NCBI GenBank assembly: GCA_002778575.1
Contig: PFBJ01000003.1
Span: forward strand, 11,057-75,056
Length of the DNA stretch: 64,000 bases
Origin: Candidatus Kaiserbacteria bacterium CG10_big_fil_rev_8_21_14_0_10_49_17
GTDB taxonomy: Bacteria > Patescibacteriota > Minisyncoccia > Phycocordibacterales > JABMNX01
Direction: 5' to 3'
A model generated the notes under the pieces. That model was given only the letters and a program-made list of their open reading frames with translations. It had not been told where the DNA came from and made no database searches. Both the position numbers and the translations under genes were made by a program. Within the stretch, counting starts at the first letter, position 1; the number at the start of each line of letters is the position of its first letter. This document shows, piece after piece, positions 1 to 11,010 of the stretch.

Positions 1-104
1 TCATCCGCCTTTTTAGGACGCTCAATAAGGCGGGTGGAGCCACTCTCATCAAGGCGAATGAGCAACGCTTTTCCGGAAGCTGATTTCGGATACGAAATGT
101 TCAT
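1..104 (-). CDS. Possible 5' fragment of a gene running off the window edge (MNISYPKSASGKALLIRLDESG...)
   Basis: ATG at 104-102, 1 nt after the aspS stop; frame stays open to the window edge; no recognisable motif. Confidence 0.4.
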   Translation of the reverse strand, partial: MNISYPKSASGKALLIRLDESGSTRLIERPKKAD

Positions 105-105
105 A

Positions 106-1437
106 TTATTCAGAGAGCTGTGTATCAATACGATTCATGTCACGCGGGAACAGTGTTGCCTCCTTAACATTTCGTATTCCCAGCATTTTGGCCGTCAGCC
201 GTTCAAGACCTGTTGCGCATCCTCCATGCGGTGGCATGCCGAACGCAAACGCTTGAAGGTAGAAACGAAAGGCATTCGGGTCGAGATTCCACTTTTGCAT
301 ATTCTTAAGTAATTGCTCGTATGAATGGATGCGCTGGCCGCCGGTTGTTATCTCTACGCCTCGGAAAAGGAGATCGAAACTTTTTGTAAAACCGGGGGTT
401 GATTCATCTTCATACGTGTAAAACGGCCGTTTTGACACCGGGTAGTGCGTCACGTAGATGAAGTCGGAGTTATGCTTTTCTCGTGCATACTCACATAGAG
501 CCTCTTCGTGTGCGGGTGAGAGATCAGGCTCACCGACACAGTCCTCATCAGTACGCTCCGTAACAATTTCCTGACCTTCAGCAAGCGTAACCACCGGAAT
601 GTCATCAGGAATGGCAGGAGCAGAGACATTGAAACGCTCTAAAACATCGCTGTGTCGCTCAACAAGTGCATTTCGGTACGCGCGGATAAGCTCCGTCAAA
701 ATCGCCATAACATCGCGATGGTCTTCTATAAAGCCAAGCTCAAAATCAAGAGATGAGTACTCATTTAGGTGTCGACTCGTTGCGTGCGGCTCAGCGCGGA
801 ATACTTTTGGGGTGGCAAAAACCCGCTCATAAATACCTACCAGTATTTGCTTGTAAAGCTGTGGGGATGTTGCAAGATATGCACTTCGATCATTGAAGTA
901 ATCAAGTCGAAAAACGTTGGCACCACCCTCAGCGTCCCCGCCAACAATTGCCGGAGCCTGGAATTCTGTAAAGTCGCGCGCGCGGAGTTGTGTGCGGAAT
1001 GTCTCGATGAGGGTTTCCTGCACTTTAAAAATGTCGCGCCCTCGCTGTGTTCGAAGTGTTAAGGGGAGGTAGTTGAGATATGTATCGATGTTTAGCTCTG
1101 CGTCAATGTCAAAGGGAAGCTCGGCTGCCTCGGAAAGTACGGTAATGTTCATAACCTCAAGTTCCAAGTGCCCTAATGCCGCATCCGGATGTATCATTTT
1201 TTCAGGTCGCTCATTCACCTTTGCGGTAACTGTAATGACCCACTCGGGACGAATGGTATCTGCAAGTGTGTGCGCCTCTGTATGATTTGGAAGTGCTACT
1301 GCTTGCACCTCCCCGCTTCTATCCCGCAAATCAAAAAAAATAAGTTTGCCATGATCACGACGGGTGGAAACCCATCCGGCAACAGTGACCTCCTTACCGA
1401 TATGTTCGCCAATGTCTTTGATACGTATTCGTTCCAT
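106..1437 (-). CDS. aspS: Aspartyl-tRNA synthetase, short archaeal-type (likely non-discriminating Asp/Asn)
   Basis: OB-fold GWV..RRDHGKLIFFDLRD, SPQLYKQ, motif 2 FRAE..TSRHLNE, GGQR, motif 3 PPHGG..GLERL; no GAD insertion; start moved to the ATG at 1437. Confidence 0.93.
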   Translation of the reverse strand: MERIRIKDIGEHIGKEVTVAGWVSTRRDHGKLIFFDLRDRSGEVQAVALPNHTEAHTLADTIRPEWVITVTAKVNERPEKMIHPDAALGHLELEVMNITVLSEAAELPFDIDAELNIDTYLNYLPLTLRTQRGRDIFKVQETLIETFRTQLRARDFTEFQAPAIVGGDAEGGANVFRLDYFNDRSAYLATSPQLYKQILVGIYERVFATPKVFRAEPHATSRHLNEYSSLDFELGFIEDHRDVMAILTELIRAYRNALVERHSDVLERFNVSAPAIPDDIPVVTLAEGQEIVTERTDEDCVGEPDLSPAHEEALCEYAREKHNSDFIYVTHYPVSKRPFYTYEDESTPGFTKSFDLLFRGVEITTGGQRIHSYEQLLKNMQKWNLDPNAFRFYLQAFAFGMPPHGGCATGLERLTAKMLGIRNVKEATLFPRDMNRIDTQLSE

Positions 1438-1441
1438 ACAG

Positions 1442-2416
1442 TTATGCAAGCCCCACACCAACCTTTTTTCGAACATCATTTAGTTTTGCTGCGGCTAGCG
1501 GGCGCGCTTGCTCAGCTCCTCGTTGGAGCACCTCTCTGATTTGCGCTCTGTTTTCCATCAATTCAGTATACGCCTCACGCATTGGTGTGATGAATGCTTT
1601 CATATTTTCAAGTAGTATCTCCTTGGACTCCTTATATCCAATACCTCCCTCTCGATATCGTTTTTCCAATTCCGGCAACTGTTCCCTGCTAAATAAACGA
1701 TGGTATGCAAACACAGTGTCCGTATCAGGGTCTTTGGGTTCATGGACGTCCTTCGAGTCAGTGACAATGCCTTTCACTAACTTCTCAAGCTCAGAGTCAA
1801 AAGCAAACAGCGGAATAGTATTTCCATAACTTTTACTCATTTTTTGACCATCCGTTCCGATAAGCGTGGCCACCTCTTCAGGGATGATACCCTTTGGGGT
1901 TGCGAATGTTTCGCCGTACATCCGGTTAAACTTTTCTGCAATATCCCGAGCGTATTCAATATGCTGCTGCTGATCTTTTCCAACCGGAACAACAGTGGCA
2001 TCGTACATAAGTATGTCAGCCGCCATAAGTATTGGGTAGTCAAATGTGCCAACGCTAATTTCCTTATTCTTTGCTTCAGCATCCTTAAACGCGTGGGCGC
2101 GCATCAGATACGGCATTGTGGTAATGCAATTGAATATCCACGCAAGCTCCATATGTTCAGGTATATCCGATTGTTTAAATAGTATTGTCTTTTCAGGATT
2201 AATACCTGCCGCAAGGTATCCTGCCGCAACGTGGTAGATGCTCTCCCGGAGCCGTTCAGCATCATACGTCGTTGTTAGTGAATGGTAGTCTGCAATAAAA
2301 ATGAAGCTCTCATACTCCTCCTGGAGAGCTAATTGCTGTTGCATAGCTCCAAAGTAGTTGCCTATATGCAACGTGCCGGTTGATTTAATACCCGAAACAA
2401 GGCGTTTCTTCCCCAT
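1442..2416 (-). CDS. trpS: Tryptophanyl-tRNA synthetase
   Basis: HIGN, YPILMAADIL, VPVGKDQ, KMSKS. Confidence 0.97.
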   Translation of the reverse strand: MGKKRLVSGIKSTGTLHIGNYFGAMQQQLALQEEYESFIFIADYHSLTTTYDAERLRESIYHVAAGYLAAGINPEKTILFKQSDIPEHMELAWIFNCITTMPYLMRAHAFKDAEAKNKEISVGTFDYPILMAADILMYDATVVPVGKDQQQHIEYARDIAEKFNRMYGETFATPKGIIPEEVATLIGTDGQKMSKSYGNTIPLFAFDSELEKLVKGIVTDSKDVHEPKDPDTDTVFAYHRLFSREQLPELEKRYREGGIGYKESKEILLENMKAFITPMREAYTELMENRAQIREVLQRGAEQARPLAAAKLNDVRKKVGVGLA

Positions 2417-2560
2417 AGTCGCTTTATCGTACCAGAGAAAAAGGCCGAATTAAAGGCCACGGTTGGTACGACCTCGCCTGCCACACTCTCTGCACAGTAT
2501 TAGGATATATCAAAACACTGTGCACTTCGAAAAGAAGTGCGAAACAGTAAGAGCGTACTA

Positions 2561-4180
2561 TTAGGACACCAGAGGTAATTCGAAACAGAAGCGCGAGCCC
2601 TTCCCTTCTCCATCGGATTCAGCCCAGATCTTTCCTTTGTGCGCCTCTATCATTTCTTTCGCAACGTAGAGCCCGAGGCCGGTACCAGAGACATTTACCT
2701 CATGCGCATTCCGCGCGCGAACAAATTTATCAAAAAGCTTCAGGCCGGTCTCGTGTGAAAAGCCGATACCGGTATCAGATATAATGACACGCGCGGTTCG
2801 GCCGGTACTAAGCCTGCATACTGATACACTAATAGATCCCTTTGACGTATATTTTATCGCATTGTCAATCAAGTTCGTGAGCACGTGCTTTATTTTCCCA
2901 AGGTCGGCACGTACTGTATATGGCCCGGTATCGTCAGTTTGGAATGTGAGTGTCAGATTCTTATTCTTCGCGACAGGTATTTGCTCCTCAACAGATTTCT
3001 TCGACAAATCCGCCAAATCAAAATCTTGCATCTCATACTTCATACGGCCTTGTTCGATTCGAGACACATTAAGGAAATCCTCGACCGATTCGGCCATAAG
3101 CCATCCAGACTCGTATATTCGTTCAACCGCCTCTCGCACCCCTTCGCTTACTTTTCCGTATGTTCCTTCAAGAATCATAGAGGCATAGCCCGTCATAGAC
3201 GTGAGAGGACTGCGAAGTTGGTGGCTTGCGATTGAGACAAATTCACTCTTTAGCCTATCGAGTTCACGGAGTCGCACATTTGCTTTCTCAAGCTGTTTTG
3301 TAAGCCGTTCCAATTCCTCCCGCTGTTCAACTTCACGGTACACACTCCTCATCAACAGGTATCCGAGAATAGCAACAAGAGCAATCAGAACAACCCGAAG
3401 AATTAGCTGCGTAGTCGTCTCCGCTAGGAATAGCTCAACGACCAGGAATGAGAGAATAGCAAATGCGAAAACTTCCGTCGCAATGAGTTTTAAGTTAAAT
3501 AATTTAAAGCGGACAATGGCATAAAAGATAAATCCAACGTAGAAAAAGGTGGAAAAATTCGCGAGCCAGTTGATTTTAAAATATCCAAACCACGGAAGGA
3601 TAAGGTTGCTTACCATTCCAATTGAAGATGCGATAAGAACACCGAGAAACAGCGTGAGTGTCCGTTTTCGAAACGCTGGATTTCTTGATTTCAGATACGC
3701 AAAGAAAAGAAGTGAAAGTGCAATGGAGAAAAAAATTAAAAAGTGTGACGCGTATAGTAAGTACCCGTACCCAAACACCACAACCTTCTCGCCAACTGGC
3801 GGTACCGAAACCGCAACAACTACAGATGCGGTAAAATACGTCAGAAGCCCCAATGCGCACGCCGAACCGTACGCAAGGAGCGGAATGATGCGCGTAACTG
3901 AGACAATCTCTCGTACGTACTGCGTGACAAAGTGGAGAAAAAAGACTGGAATAAAAAGCGCTGCTATGTGGTGAAGACGCGTCAGTGCGAGCAAGTGCTC
4001 AACGTCCTGAAGATAGCGGTAGTAGATAATACCCGCGGACCACGTCACTATAGCAACTACAATCAATGTGAACGTGCGATTGGCTGGCGCAGAGTGTGAG
4101 GTTCGCTGAAAAAATACAGCGAGCGCCAAAAATATATTTAAGACGATAATACTCGTCAGTAAAATGTTTATTATGTCCAT
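2561..4180 (-). CDS. Membrane sensor histidine kinase with N-terminal multi-TM (HisKA_7TM-like) domain
   Basis: About 9 TM segments; H-box ASHQLRSPL, N-box NLIDNAIKY, G-boxes DTGIG and GTGLGL. Confidence 0.92.
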   Translation of the reverse strand: MDIINILLTSIIVLNIFLALAVFFQRTSHSAPANRTFTLIVVAIVTWSAGIIYYRYLQDVEHLLALTRLHHIAALFIPVFFLHFVTQYVREIVSVTRIIPLLAYGSACALGLLTYFTASVVVAVSVPPVGEKVVVFGYGYLLYASHFLIFFSIALSLLFFAYLKSRNPAFRKRTLTLFLGVLIASSIGMVSNLILPWFGYFKINWLANFSTFFYVGFIFYAIVRFKLFNLKLIATEVFAFAILSFLVVELFLAETTTQLILRVVLIALVAILGYLLMRSVYREVEQREELERLTKQLEKANVRLRELDRLKSEFVSIASHQLRSPLTSMTGYASMILEGTYGKVSEGVREAVERIYESGWLMAESVEDFLNVSRIEQGRMKYEMQDFDLADLSKKSVEEQIPVAKNKNLTLTFQTDDTGPYTVRADLGKIKHVLTNLIDNAIKYTSKGSISVSVCRLSTGRTARVIISDTGIGFSHETGLKLFDKFVRARNAHEVNVSGTGLGLYVAKEMIEAHKGKIWAESDGEGKGSRFCFELPLVS

Positions 4181-4183
4181 ACG

Positions 4184-5341
4184 TTACAGAGCACGTAGCG
4201 TTCGGGCAGTTGCAATGTGCTCCTTGGTGTACTGAAGTCGGTAGTTTTGGAACTCTCCGGTTGAGAAGCCTAACTGCGTTGCGAGCGACGCGAGTCGCTC
4301 TACTTCATTAAAATCGATTTTCATCAATTCTCCTACATTGTAATGGTCTTTTGCATTACTTGCAGTAAGAATTATCACCTCCGCAAGACAACTGTAAATA
4401 TCTGTTCGGTGCTGTAAACCGATGTTTATGTTTACCTGTACTGATTCTGTGTGTACCGCTCCACCCTCAAGCACCAGAATATCCGGGCGCGATTCAATTA
4501 CTTTTGGATCAACATTAACCGGTTTTGCATCATCAACTACCAGTGCCCCGTGTTTAATGTGTTCAGATTTTAGAAAAGCGTCTGTCCTGTTTGTTGCTAT
4601 AACGATTATTTCAGATTGTGAAGCGGATTCTACCTCAGTGGAAATCTCAACTGACACACCATTTTGTATCTCATTGAGGTACGTCTTTAGCGCCGTTAAG
4701 CGACTCTCTTTTCGTGCAAGGTCAACCAAGTTGAATTTCGTGCACCCCCGATGCGCAAGAATTTGTGCAGTAGCAGAGCCGATTGATCCAGCTGCACCAA
4801 TTATAGAAATATGGGCGTTTTTTGCATCAATTTCGAGTGCCTCAGCACCGCGCATAACCAAATCAGAGACATTATGAGCGGTAAAAAGCCGTCCGGTGAC
4901 AATGTGGGCTTTTGTGTGTCCAATCAAGTCCTTTCCACCGCGTGTTAAAGAAGCTGAAAGAGCACCGAGGCCGACGTACTGTGCTCCTCGTTTCTCAGCT
5001 AACCGAACAGCTCGAATGAAGCTTTTCCGAGCAGCCTCACGATTATTCACCAGCATATCCGGCGTTATTGGTGAAGAAATCATCCACCCATTAAGCGGCA
5101 CGCCATCACTAAGTGTGCGAGCCCCGGTGATATTGGTAATAGTTACCGGCCAGAAAATGTAAAGCAAAAAAAACTTAACAACTGCGGCAGGTAATAGACG
5201 CATAAACGGGTACATGGTGTACACATCATTGATGTCCCGCGGATGGATGATGAATGCAAATCCCGTTCTCTTTTTCCCAGGAAGAAAACGCTCAAGCAGA
5301 AGGTCATAAAAAGCGCGCGGAATGTGTAGCATTTTTTTCAT
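4184..5341 (-). CDS. COG5322 / acyl-ACP reductase-like NAD(P)-dependent oxidoreductase
   Basis: FAFIIHP N-terminal motif, GLGA, Rossmann GAAGSIG, DDAKP, EGG, YSCLAE (matches the FACFAE catalytic-Cys motif of cyanobacterial AAR). Confidence 0.7.
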   Translation of the reverse strand: MKKMLHIPRAFYDLLLERFLPGKKRTGFAFIIHPRDINDVYTMYPFMRLLPAAVVKFFLLYIFWPVTITNITGARTLSDGVPLNGWMISSPITPDMLVNNREAARKSFIRAVRLAEKRGAQYVGLGALSASLTRGGKDLIGHTKAHIVTGRLFTAHNVSDLVMRGAEALEIDAKNAHISIIGAAGSIGSATAQILAHRGCTKFNLVDLARKESRLTALKTYLNEIQNGVSVEISTEVESASQSEIIVIATNRTDAFLKSEHIKHGALVVDDAKPVNVDPKVIESRPDILVLEGGAVHTESVQVNINIGLQHRTDIYSCLAEVIILTASNAKDHYNVGELMKIDFNEVERLASLATQLGFSTGEFQNYRLQYTKEHIATARTLRAL

Positions 5342-5353
5342 ACACGAGTGTTA

Positions 5354-6094
5354 TTACTGAATCTCATTTGGGGATTCAAGGGCATAGATTGCTTTTACTA
5401 ATCTCTCCGACACTTCACGATACTCCTTGACTCCAAGAGTGTTTGGCATGCCGGTTAGGAAGTAACGTGCCGGCCTTGGTTTTCCAAAATGAACAGACAC
5501 CCTGTGCTTCCGTGAGAAAAATCTGCCTGGGCTCATTCCTGCAGAATTTTTAACATAGACAGGGACTACGGTTGGGCGTACTGCGGCAATCAGGTACCCG
5601 ATACCGCCACGCGCTTTTGCACTCTTTCCATCAAATTTATCATCTCCGGCCTGCGGGAAAACACAAAACGTATACCCCCTCTTTAGCAATAAAACGTGGT
5701 CAGATAATGTTTTTGAATAATTCTGGAGTCCGCCGGGCGCGACTGGCGCTCCCCAAAAACGAAAGAACGGCTCAGAGAGCACATACTTTCTCCACCCTTT
5801 CCACTGATAAACGCTTTGACTGCGCGAAATCCAAAGTAGCGGATTGTGACGCGATACCATCGGAAATGCGCCCCGTATAAATACCGGATCAAACTGATTT
5901 GGATGATTCGAAACAAATATCGTTGGTTTTTCTACGCCCCGAATATTCTCGCGGCCGTAAACCGTAAAGTGAGTAAAGAAATAAATGAGAATTCGCCCCG
6001 GTATCCATGCAAGAGCTTGGACAACCCCAGGCACTATCCCGTAGAGACTCATTAAATGAAAAACAGACTTACCAATGGGAGTAAAAAGAGCCAC
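5354..6094 (-). CDS. PlsC-like lysophospholipid acyltransferase
   Basis: NHPNQFD (HX4D) catalytic motif, VFPQ block, VVPV, VHFGKP. Confidence 0.82.
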   Translation of the reverse strand: MALFTPIGKSVFHLMSLYGIVPGVVQALAWIPGRILIYFFTHFTVYGRENIRGVEKPTIFVSNHPNQFDPVFIRGAFPMVSRHNPLLWISRSQSVYQWKGWRKYVLSEPFFRFWGAPVAPGGLQNYSKTLSDHVLLLKRGYTFCVFPQAGDDKFDGKSAKARGGIGYLIAAVRPTVVPVYVKNSAGMSPGRFFSRKHRVSVHFGKPRPARYFLTGMPNTLGVKEYREVSERLVKAIYALESPNEIQ

Positions 6095-6522
6095 CGACCG
6101 TACGCTTCCGCTGAAAACACCCCATCAATAGTGGTACCAAAATCGTAAATATCACCTAATGGCACAGCAACATAGCTTACTGTAATGAGAGCAATGCTAA
6201 TTGTTGCCCCTAAAATTGCTGCGGTCATTACTCGCCGATTCCCACTTTCAAGAGCCAAACCAAATGCCCGCTTTAACAACCAGTAAAAAGCTCCGAGTGT
6301 CACTGCGAAAAGCGCCGGGTATGCGTATGCTCCGAGTGAATCGGTAATAATCGTCAGCGGGCCAAGAACATACGCAAATATAGCGGCCGCGTAAACGCTC
6401 ACGAGGAGCAAAATGCCGCGATTCCGGCCAAACTTCCACACAAACGCCGCGGCAAGCAAAAAAACACCGGCAATAACGATACTGTCCGATGATACTCCCA
6501 ACATTTCCGCGAGCGCATTCAT
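6052..6522 (-). CDS. Hypothetical multi-pass membrane protein
   Basis: About 5 hydrophobic segments; starts 1 nt after the dnaJ stop. Confidence 0.75.
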   Translation of the reverse strand: MNALAEMLGVSSDSIVIAGVFLLAAAFVWKFGRNRGILLLVSVYAAAIFAYVLGPLTIITDSLGAYAYPALFAVTLGAFYWLLKRAFGLALESGNRRVMTAAILGATISIALITVSYVAVPLGDIYDFGTTIDGVFSAEAYGRWLFLLPLVSLFFI

Positions 6523-6523
6523 A

Positions 6524-7588
6524 CTAGATTCCTTCCTCCTTCAAATCTTCGATGAGTTTTTTTGCCCGTTTCGACAATTTTTTCGGCATTGAAACTCGTA
6601 TACGGACTAGTATATCACCTCGACCAACTCTATTAGGAACTCCTTTTCCACGCACGCGCAACACATCACCAACTGAAACCCCCGCTGGAATCTTTAGGTT
6701 AACGACACCATCAAGAGTCTGGAGTGAATATTCGCCTCCGAGGAGCGCATCTGATAATTTTACGGAGAGGTCCGTGTATAGGTTGTTTCCCTCCTTGCGG
6801 AATGTCGGATGCGGCTCGACGTGCACCTTGACGTACAAATCTCCTGTCGCTCCTCCGGCGATTGCTTCACCCATGCCTGAGAGCCTGATCATTTCTCCAT
6901 CATTAATACCTGCTGGAATTGAGACGGTTATTTTTTCCTCCTTTCGATGCGCGCCCTCACCATGACATGTTTCGCATTTTTCCTTTGGCACCTCACCTTT
7001 CCCGTGGCACTTCGGACACAGTCTCGTGCTTGTAAATGTCCCGAGAATAGATGAGCGAGTTTCGTGCAATTGCCCCTTTCCATTACATGTTGCACACTCC
7101 ACCATTGCACTTCCCTCTTTTGCTCCGCTTCCCGCGCACGTCTGACAAAGTGATGTCTTTGTAATCAGCACAGTCCTCTCCGCGCCAAATACCGCATCCT
7201 TAAATGGGATAGATATATCTATTGAGATGTCATGTCCGCGTGACTCGCGACGCCGACCTCCGCCGAAAAATTCTCCAAAAATGTCTCCGAGATCGAATTC
7301 AACACCGCCGTGCCCGCCAAAACCGGAAAAATCAAAACCGCCGAAGCCGCCGTGAGACTGAGCTCCTGTTCCGCCAGCGAAAACGTGTCCGTATGCATCG
7401 TACTCTGAACGCCGCTTTTCATCTGAAAGCACCGCGTACGCCTCGCTTACTTCTTTAAATTTTCCTTCATCACCCTCTTTCTTATCAGGGTGATACTGGT
7501 GTGCGAGTTTTCGAAATGCTTTTTTTATCTCCTCTTTGCTTGCGGTACGATTAACGCCAAGAATTTTGTAGTAGTCCTTTTGGTTCAT
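6524..7588 (-). CDS. dnaJ: Chaperone DnaJ
   Basis: J domain HPD, G/F region, four CxxCxGxG repeats. Confidence 0.97.
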   Translation of the reverse strand: MNQKDYYKILGVNRTASKEEIKKAFRKLAHQYHPDKKEGDEGKFKEVSEAYAVLSDEKRRSEYDAYGHVFAGGTGAQSHGGFGGFDFSGFGGHGGVEFDLGDIFGEFFGGGRRRESRGHDISIDISIPFKDAVFGAERTVLITKTSLCQTCAGSGAKEGSAMVECATCNGKGQLHETRSSILGTFTSTRLCPKCHGKGEVPKEKCETCHGEGAHRKEEKITVSIPAGINDGEMIRLSGMGEAIAGGATGDLYVKVHVEPHPTFRKEGNNLYTDLSVKLSDALLGGEYSLQTLDGVVNLKIPAGVSVGDVLRVRGKGVPNRVGRGDILVRIRVSMPKKLSKRAKKLIEDLKEEGI

Positions 7589-7625
7589 GCTCTCCTATTG
7601 TACGGAGAAGTTGTTGCTTGGCAAC

Positions 7626-9524
7626 CTAGTCACTTCCTTTCTCGTCATCCTTCTTCTCTTCCGTACTGTCTGCGTCGCTCACTGATCCCTCTCCTGCTGA
7701 ATTTTCTGACGCAGTATTTGTCTGTGTGTGCCCCATGCTCTCGCCGATTTTCTGCATTGCTGCTGAGAGAGCCTCGGTTTTACTCTTTATTGCCGTTATA
7801 TCTTCTCCCTCTTTTACTCCTGTCAGTTCAGTGATGCATGATTCGACATCACTTTTTACATCTGAGGAAAGTTTTTCTCCCGCGTCTGATAGAGCACGCT
7901 TTGCAGTGTAGATGAGCTGTTCTGCAAGATTACGCGCCTCCGCAAGCTCTTTCTTTTTGGAATCCTCGCCCGCGTGCTCCTCGGCGTCCTTCTGCATTCG
8001 TTCAATATCTTCTTCACTGAGTCCTGAGGATGCCTCGATTCGAATAGATTGCTCTTTACCGCTGGTCTTATCCTTTGCAGTAACATTGAGAATTCCATTT
8101 GCGTCAATGTCAAATGAGACATCAACTTGCGGGGTACCGCGCGGTGCCGGTGGAATACCATCGAGAATAAACCGACCGAGGCTTTTATTGTCAGCCGCCA
8201 TCGCGCGTTCACCCTGAACAATGTGCACTTCGACACTCGTTTGGTTGTCTGCAGCTGTTGAAAATGTCTGAGATTTGCTCGTTGGGATGGTCGTATTGCG
8301 CTCAATGAGTTTCGTTGCAACTCCTCCCATAGTTTCAATGCCGAGAGAAAGCGGAATAACATCAAGCAAGAGAATGTCCTTTACGTCTCCCTGTAAAATT
8401 CCCGCCTGAATTGCGGCTCCAAGCGCCACCACCTCATCTGGGTTAATTGACTTGTTCGGCTCTTTCCCAAACAACTCCTTTACGCGCGAAACAATTACAG
8501 GCATTCGCGTTTGGCCGCCAACAAGAATAATCTCATCAATATCGCCAATGGAGAACGGTGACGCCTCAATTGCGCGTTTTGTTATCTCAATTGAACGGTC
8601 AATGTACTCCTTTGCAAGTTCCTCAAGTTTTGCGCGCGTAAGCTTCAGAAGGAGGTGTTTTGGTCCGTCTGCATCTGAGGTGATAAATGGAATATTAATC
8701 TCGCTTTCAGTTGCCGTTGAAAGTTCGATTTTCGCCTTTTCCGCGGCTTCATCGAGTCGTTGCAGTGCAAGCGGATCTTTTGAAATGTCGATCCCACTCT
8801 CCTTTTTAAATTCTTCGATAATCCACTTTACGACATGCTGGTCAATGTCGCGTCCTCCCATGTGGCTATCGCCGTCAGTGGACTTCACCTCAATAACATC
8901 ATCGCCAACTTCAAGCACCGAGACGTCAAACGTCCCGCCGCCGAAGTCGTAGACAACAATCTGCTCGTCTTTTTTCTTATTGAATCCATACGCAAGCGCG
9001 GCGGCAGTTGGCTCATTAATAATGCGCTTGACGTCAAGACCGGCAATTTTACCTGCGTCTTTTGTGGCATTTCGCTGGGCATCATTGAAGTATGCGGGCA
9101 CGGTAATAACTGCTTCTGTGATCTTCTCGCCAAGTTTTGCTTCCGCATCGCTTTTAAGCTTCTGTAAAATCATTGCGGACACTTCTTCAGGACGATAGGT
9201 CTTGCCACCGAGTGTAATTTCAACACCGCCGCCTGATGCCTCAGCAATCTCATACGGGACAGTCTCGCGGTCTCGAACCACAGCCGCATCATCGAAGCGA
9301 TGCCCCATAAATCGTTTGATGCCGTAAATAGTGTTCTTAGGATTTGTCACTGCTTGGCGACGCGCCAGGACACCAACGAGTCGTTCCCCTGTCTTTGAGA
9401 CAGCAACAACCGACGGAGTTGTCCGATTACCTTCCGCATTTTCAATAATTGTTGGTTCGCCTGCACTGACAGCTGCCATTGCAGAATTGGTTGTTCCAAG
9501 GTCAATTCCAAGTATTTTTCCCAT
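7626..9524 (-). CDS. dnaK: Chaperone DnaK (Hsp70)
   Basis: [39 protein letters not shown]. Confidence 0.99.
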   Translation of the reverse strand: MGKILGIDLGTTNSAMAAVSAGEPTIIENAEGNRTTPSVVAVSKTGERLVGVLARRQAVTNPKNTIYGIKRFMGHRFDDAAVVRDRETVPYEIAEASGGGVEITLGGKTYRPEEVSAMILQKLKSDAEAKLGEKITEAVITVPAYFNDAQRNATKDAGKIAGLDVKRIINEPTAAALAYGFNKKKDEQIVVYDFGGGTFDVSVLEVGDDVIEVKSTDGDSHMGGRDIDQHVVKWIIEEFKKESGIDISKDPLALQRLDEAAEKAKIELSTATESEINIPFITSDADGPKHLLLKLTRAKLEELAKEYIDRSIEITKRAIEASPFSIGDIDEIILVGGQTRMPVIVSRVKELFGKEPNKSINPDEVVALGAAIQAGILQGDVKDILLLDVIPLSLGIETMGGVATKLIERNTTIPTSKSQTFSTAADNQTSVEVHIVQGERAMAADNKSLGRFILDGIPPAPRGTPQVDVSFDIDANGILNVTAKDKTSGKEQSIRIEASSGLSEEDIERMQKDAEEHAGEDSKKKELAEARNLAEQLIYTAKRALSDAGEKLSSDVKSDVESCITELTGVKEGEDITAIKSKTEALSAAMQKIGESMGHTQTNTASENSAGEGSVSDADSTEEKKDDEKGSD

Positions 9525-9525
9525 A

Positions 9526-10095
9526 TTATTTACTTACACCAATAATGACTTGTGCTGGACGCAGTACACTCTCTCCCATCACATATCCCTTCTTTAAAAC
9601 TGAAACAACTGTGTTCTCCTGCTCACTCGGGACACTTTGGCTTGAGAGCGCTTCGTGCAGCGAGGTGTCAAATTTATCGCCCACCTCCCCGTATGGCGCG
9701 ACATTGTACAGAGCGAGCGTTGTCGTAAGCAGAGAGTGGATATGTTCCACACCAGCTCGCCACGCACCGTCAACTGAATGCCACGCTTCACTGTTAATCG
9801 CCATATCAAAGGCATCAAGCGCAGGAAGAAATGAAAGCAGTACGTCTTGTACTATTCGCTCTCTTTCCTTTTCCTTGGCTAACACTTCAGCCTTTCTGGC
9901 ATTGACGACCTCCGCTTGAATCCTCTGCCATCCATCGAGGTACTCTGCTCGTTCTTTTTGGCACTCCTTTAGTTTTTTTCGCAGTTTCCGGAGCGTATCT
10001 GCAGCAGATTCCCCTTCTTCTTCGAAATGTATGTCATCATTATGCACTACCTCCTCTTCTGTGTCAATTTTTTTGTTTATCTTCTTTTTGTCCAT
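9526..10095 (-). CDS. grpE: Nucleotide exchange factor GrpE
   Basis: [22 protein letters not shown]; directly upstream of dnaK; start set at MDKKK. Confidence 0.94.
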   Translation of the reverse strand: MDKKKINKKIDTEEEVVHNDDIHFEEEGESAADTLRKLRKKLKECQKERAEYLDGWQRIQAEVVNARKAEVLAKEKERERIVQDVLLSFLPALDAFDMAINSEAWHSVDGAWRAGVEHIHSLLTTTLALYNVAPYGEVGDKFDTSLHEALSSQSVPSEQENTVVSVLKKGYVMGESVLRPAQVIIGVSK

Positions 10096-10160
10096 ACGAT
10101 ATAAACAGACCACATGCCACGTATAGTGACTTGATTAGAAATGAAGCACCGATGCACTCT

Positions 10161-10550
10161 TTACCGCTTGCTCCACTGAGGCGCTCTGCGCGCTTTTCGC
10201 AAGCCAAATTTCTTTCGCTCCTTCATGCGCGGATCCCGCTTGAGGTACCCCGCAAGTTTAAGCTCCTTTCGAAGCTCGGCATCATACTTTAGAAGCGCCC
10301 GAGCAATACCGTGCCGGATAGCTTCAGCTTGCGCTGAGATACCGCCGCCAAAAACTTTCGCAGAAACGCTAAAATGCGCATCGGTTTTCTGAAATGGCTG
10401 AAGGACTGTCGTCATAAGCTCTGCGGTTGGCAAATACTCCGCAAGCGGCTTCCCATTTATCAGCACTTCAGATTTTTTTGCAGGCGTAATACGCACGCGC
10501 GCTATTGCGGTTTTTCGTCGTCCTACTGCTTCTAGATATTTCTCTGCCAT
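10161..10550 (-). CDS. rpsI: 30S ribosomal protein S9
   Basis: GRRKTAIARV, GGGISAQAEAIRHG, ERKKFGLRKAR..QWSKR. Confidence 0.98.
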   Translation of the reverse strand: MAEKYLEAVGRRKTAIARVRITPAKKSEVLINGKPLAEYLPTAELMTTVLQPFQKTDAHFSVSAKVFGGGISAQAEAIRHGIARALLKYDAELRKELKLAGYLKRDPRMKERKKFGLRKARRAPQWSKR

Positions 10551-10551
10551 A

Positions 10552-10968
10552 TTATTCAGTGATTGTAAGTCGCTTCATGCGCGGCTTTCGTAGTCGGTTC
10601 CCTGGGAGCATACCGTAGACGGCACGCTTGAGCAATTCACTGTGCCCGCGCCGTGCAGCAAGTTTTGCCGCGCTCTCTTTGCGCAAGCCTCCCGGGAAGC
10701 CTGTGTAGCGGGTATAGATTTTTCCATCGGCCTTTCGCTGAGGGAGATCAATTTTTGAGACATTCGTAACTGTCACCTCAACGTCTGCAACAACATGCTT
10801 TTCAAAATCTGGCATATTTTTGCCCATGAGAATATGCGCTATCTCTGTAGCGAGGCGCCCAACCTTTCTACCTGTCGCATCAATTTCATACTTCACACCA
10901 GTAGAAGACGCTCCGGTTGCGTCTCGGGTCTTACTATCATTTTTGCTGTTTGTGTTTGTTTCTGTCAT
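10552..10968 (-). CDS. rplM: 50S ribosomal protein L13
   Basis: IDATGRKVGRLA, YTGFPGGLR, AVYGMLP. Confidence 0.96.
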   Translation of the reverse strand: MTETNTNSKNDSKTRDATGASSTGVKYEIDATGRKVGRLATEIAHILMGKNMPDFEKHVVADVEVTVTNVSKIDLPQRKADGKIYTRYTGFPGGLRKESAAKLAARRGHSELLKRAVYGMLPGNRLRKPRMKRLTITE

Positions 10969-11010
10969 ATACGTATCGTGCGCACAAGTTTCTAATGGCT
11001 AGTGTGTTTC

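Noticed and set aside
2417-2560. T-box riboswitch upstream of trpS (also considered for leuS at 32534-32656)
   Set aside because: No UGGNACC T-box bulge motif and too little room for stem I; the hairpins are explained as terminators, and trpS has its own -10 box next to the ATG.
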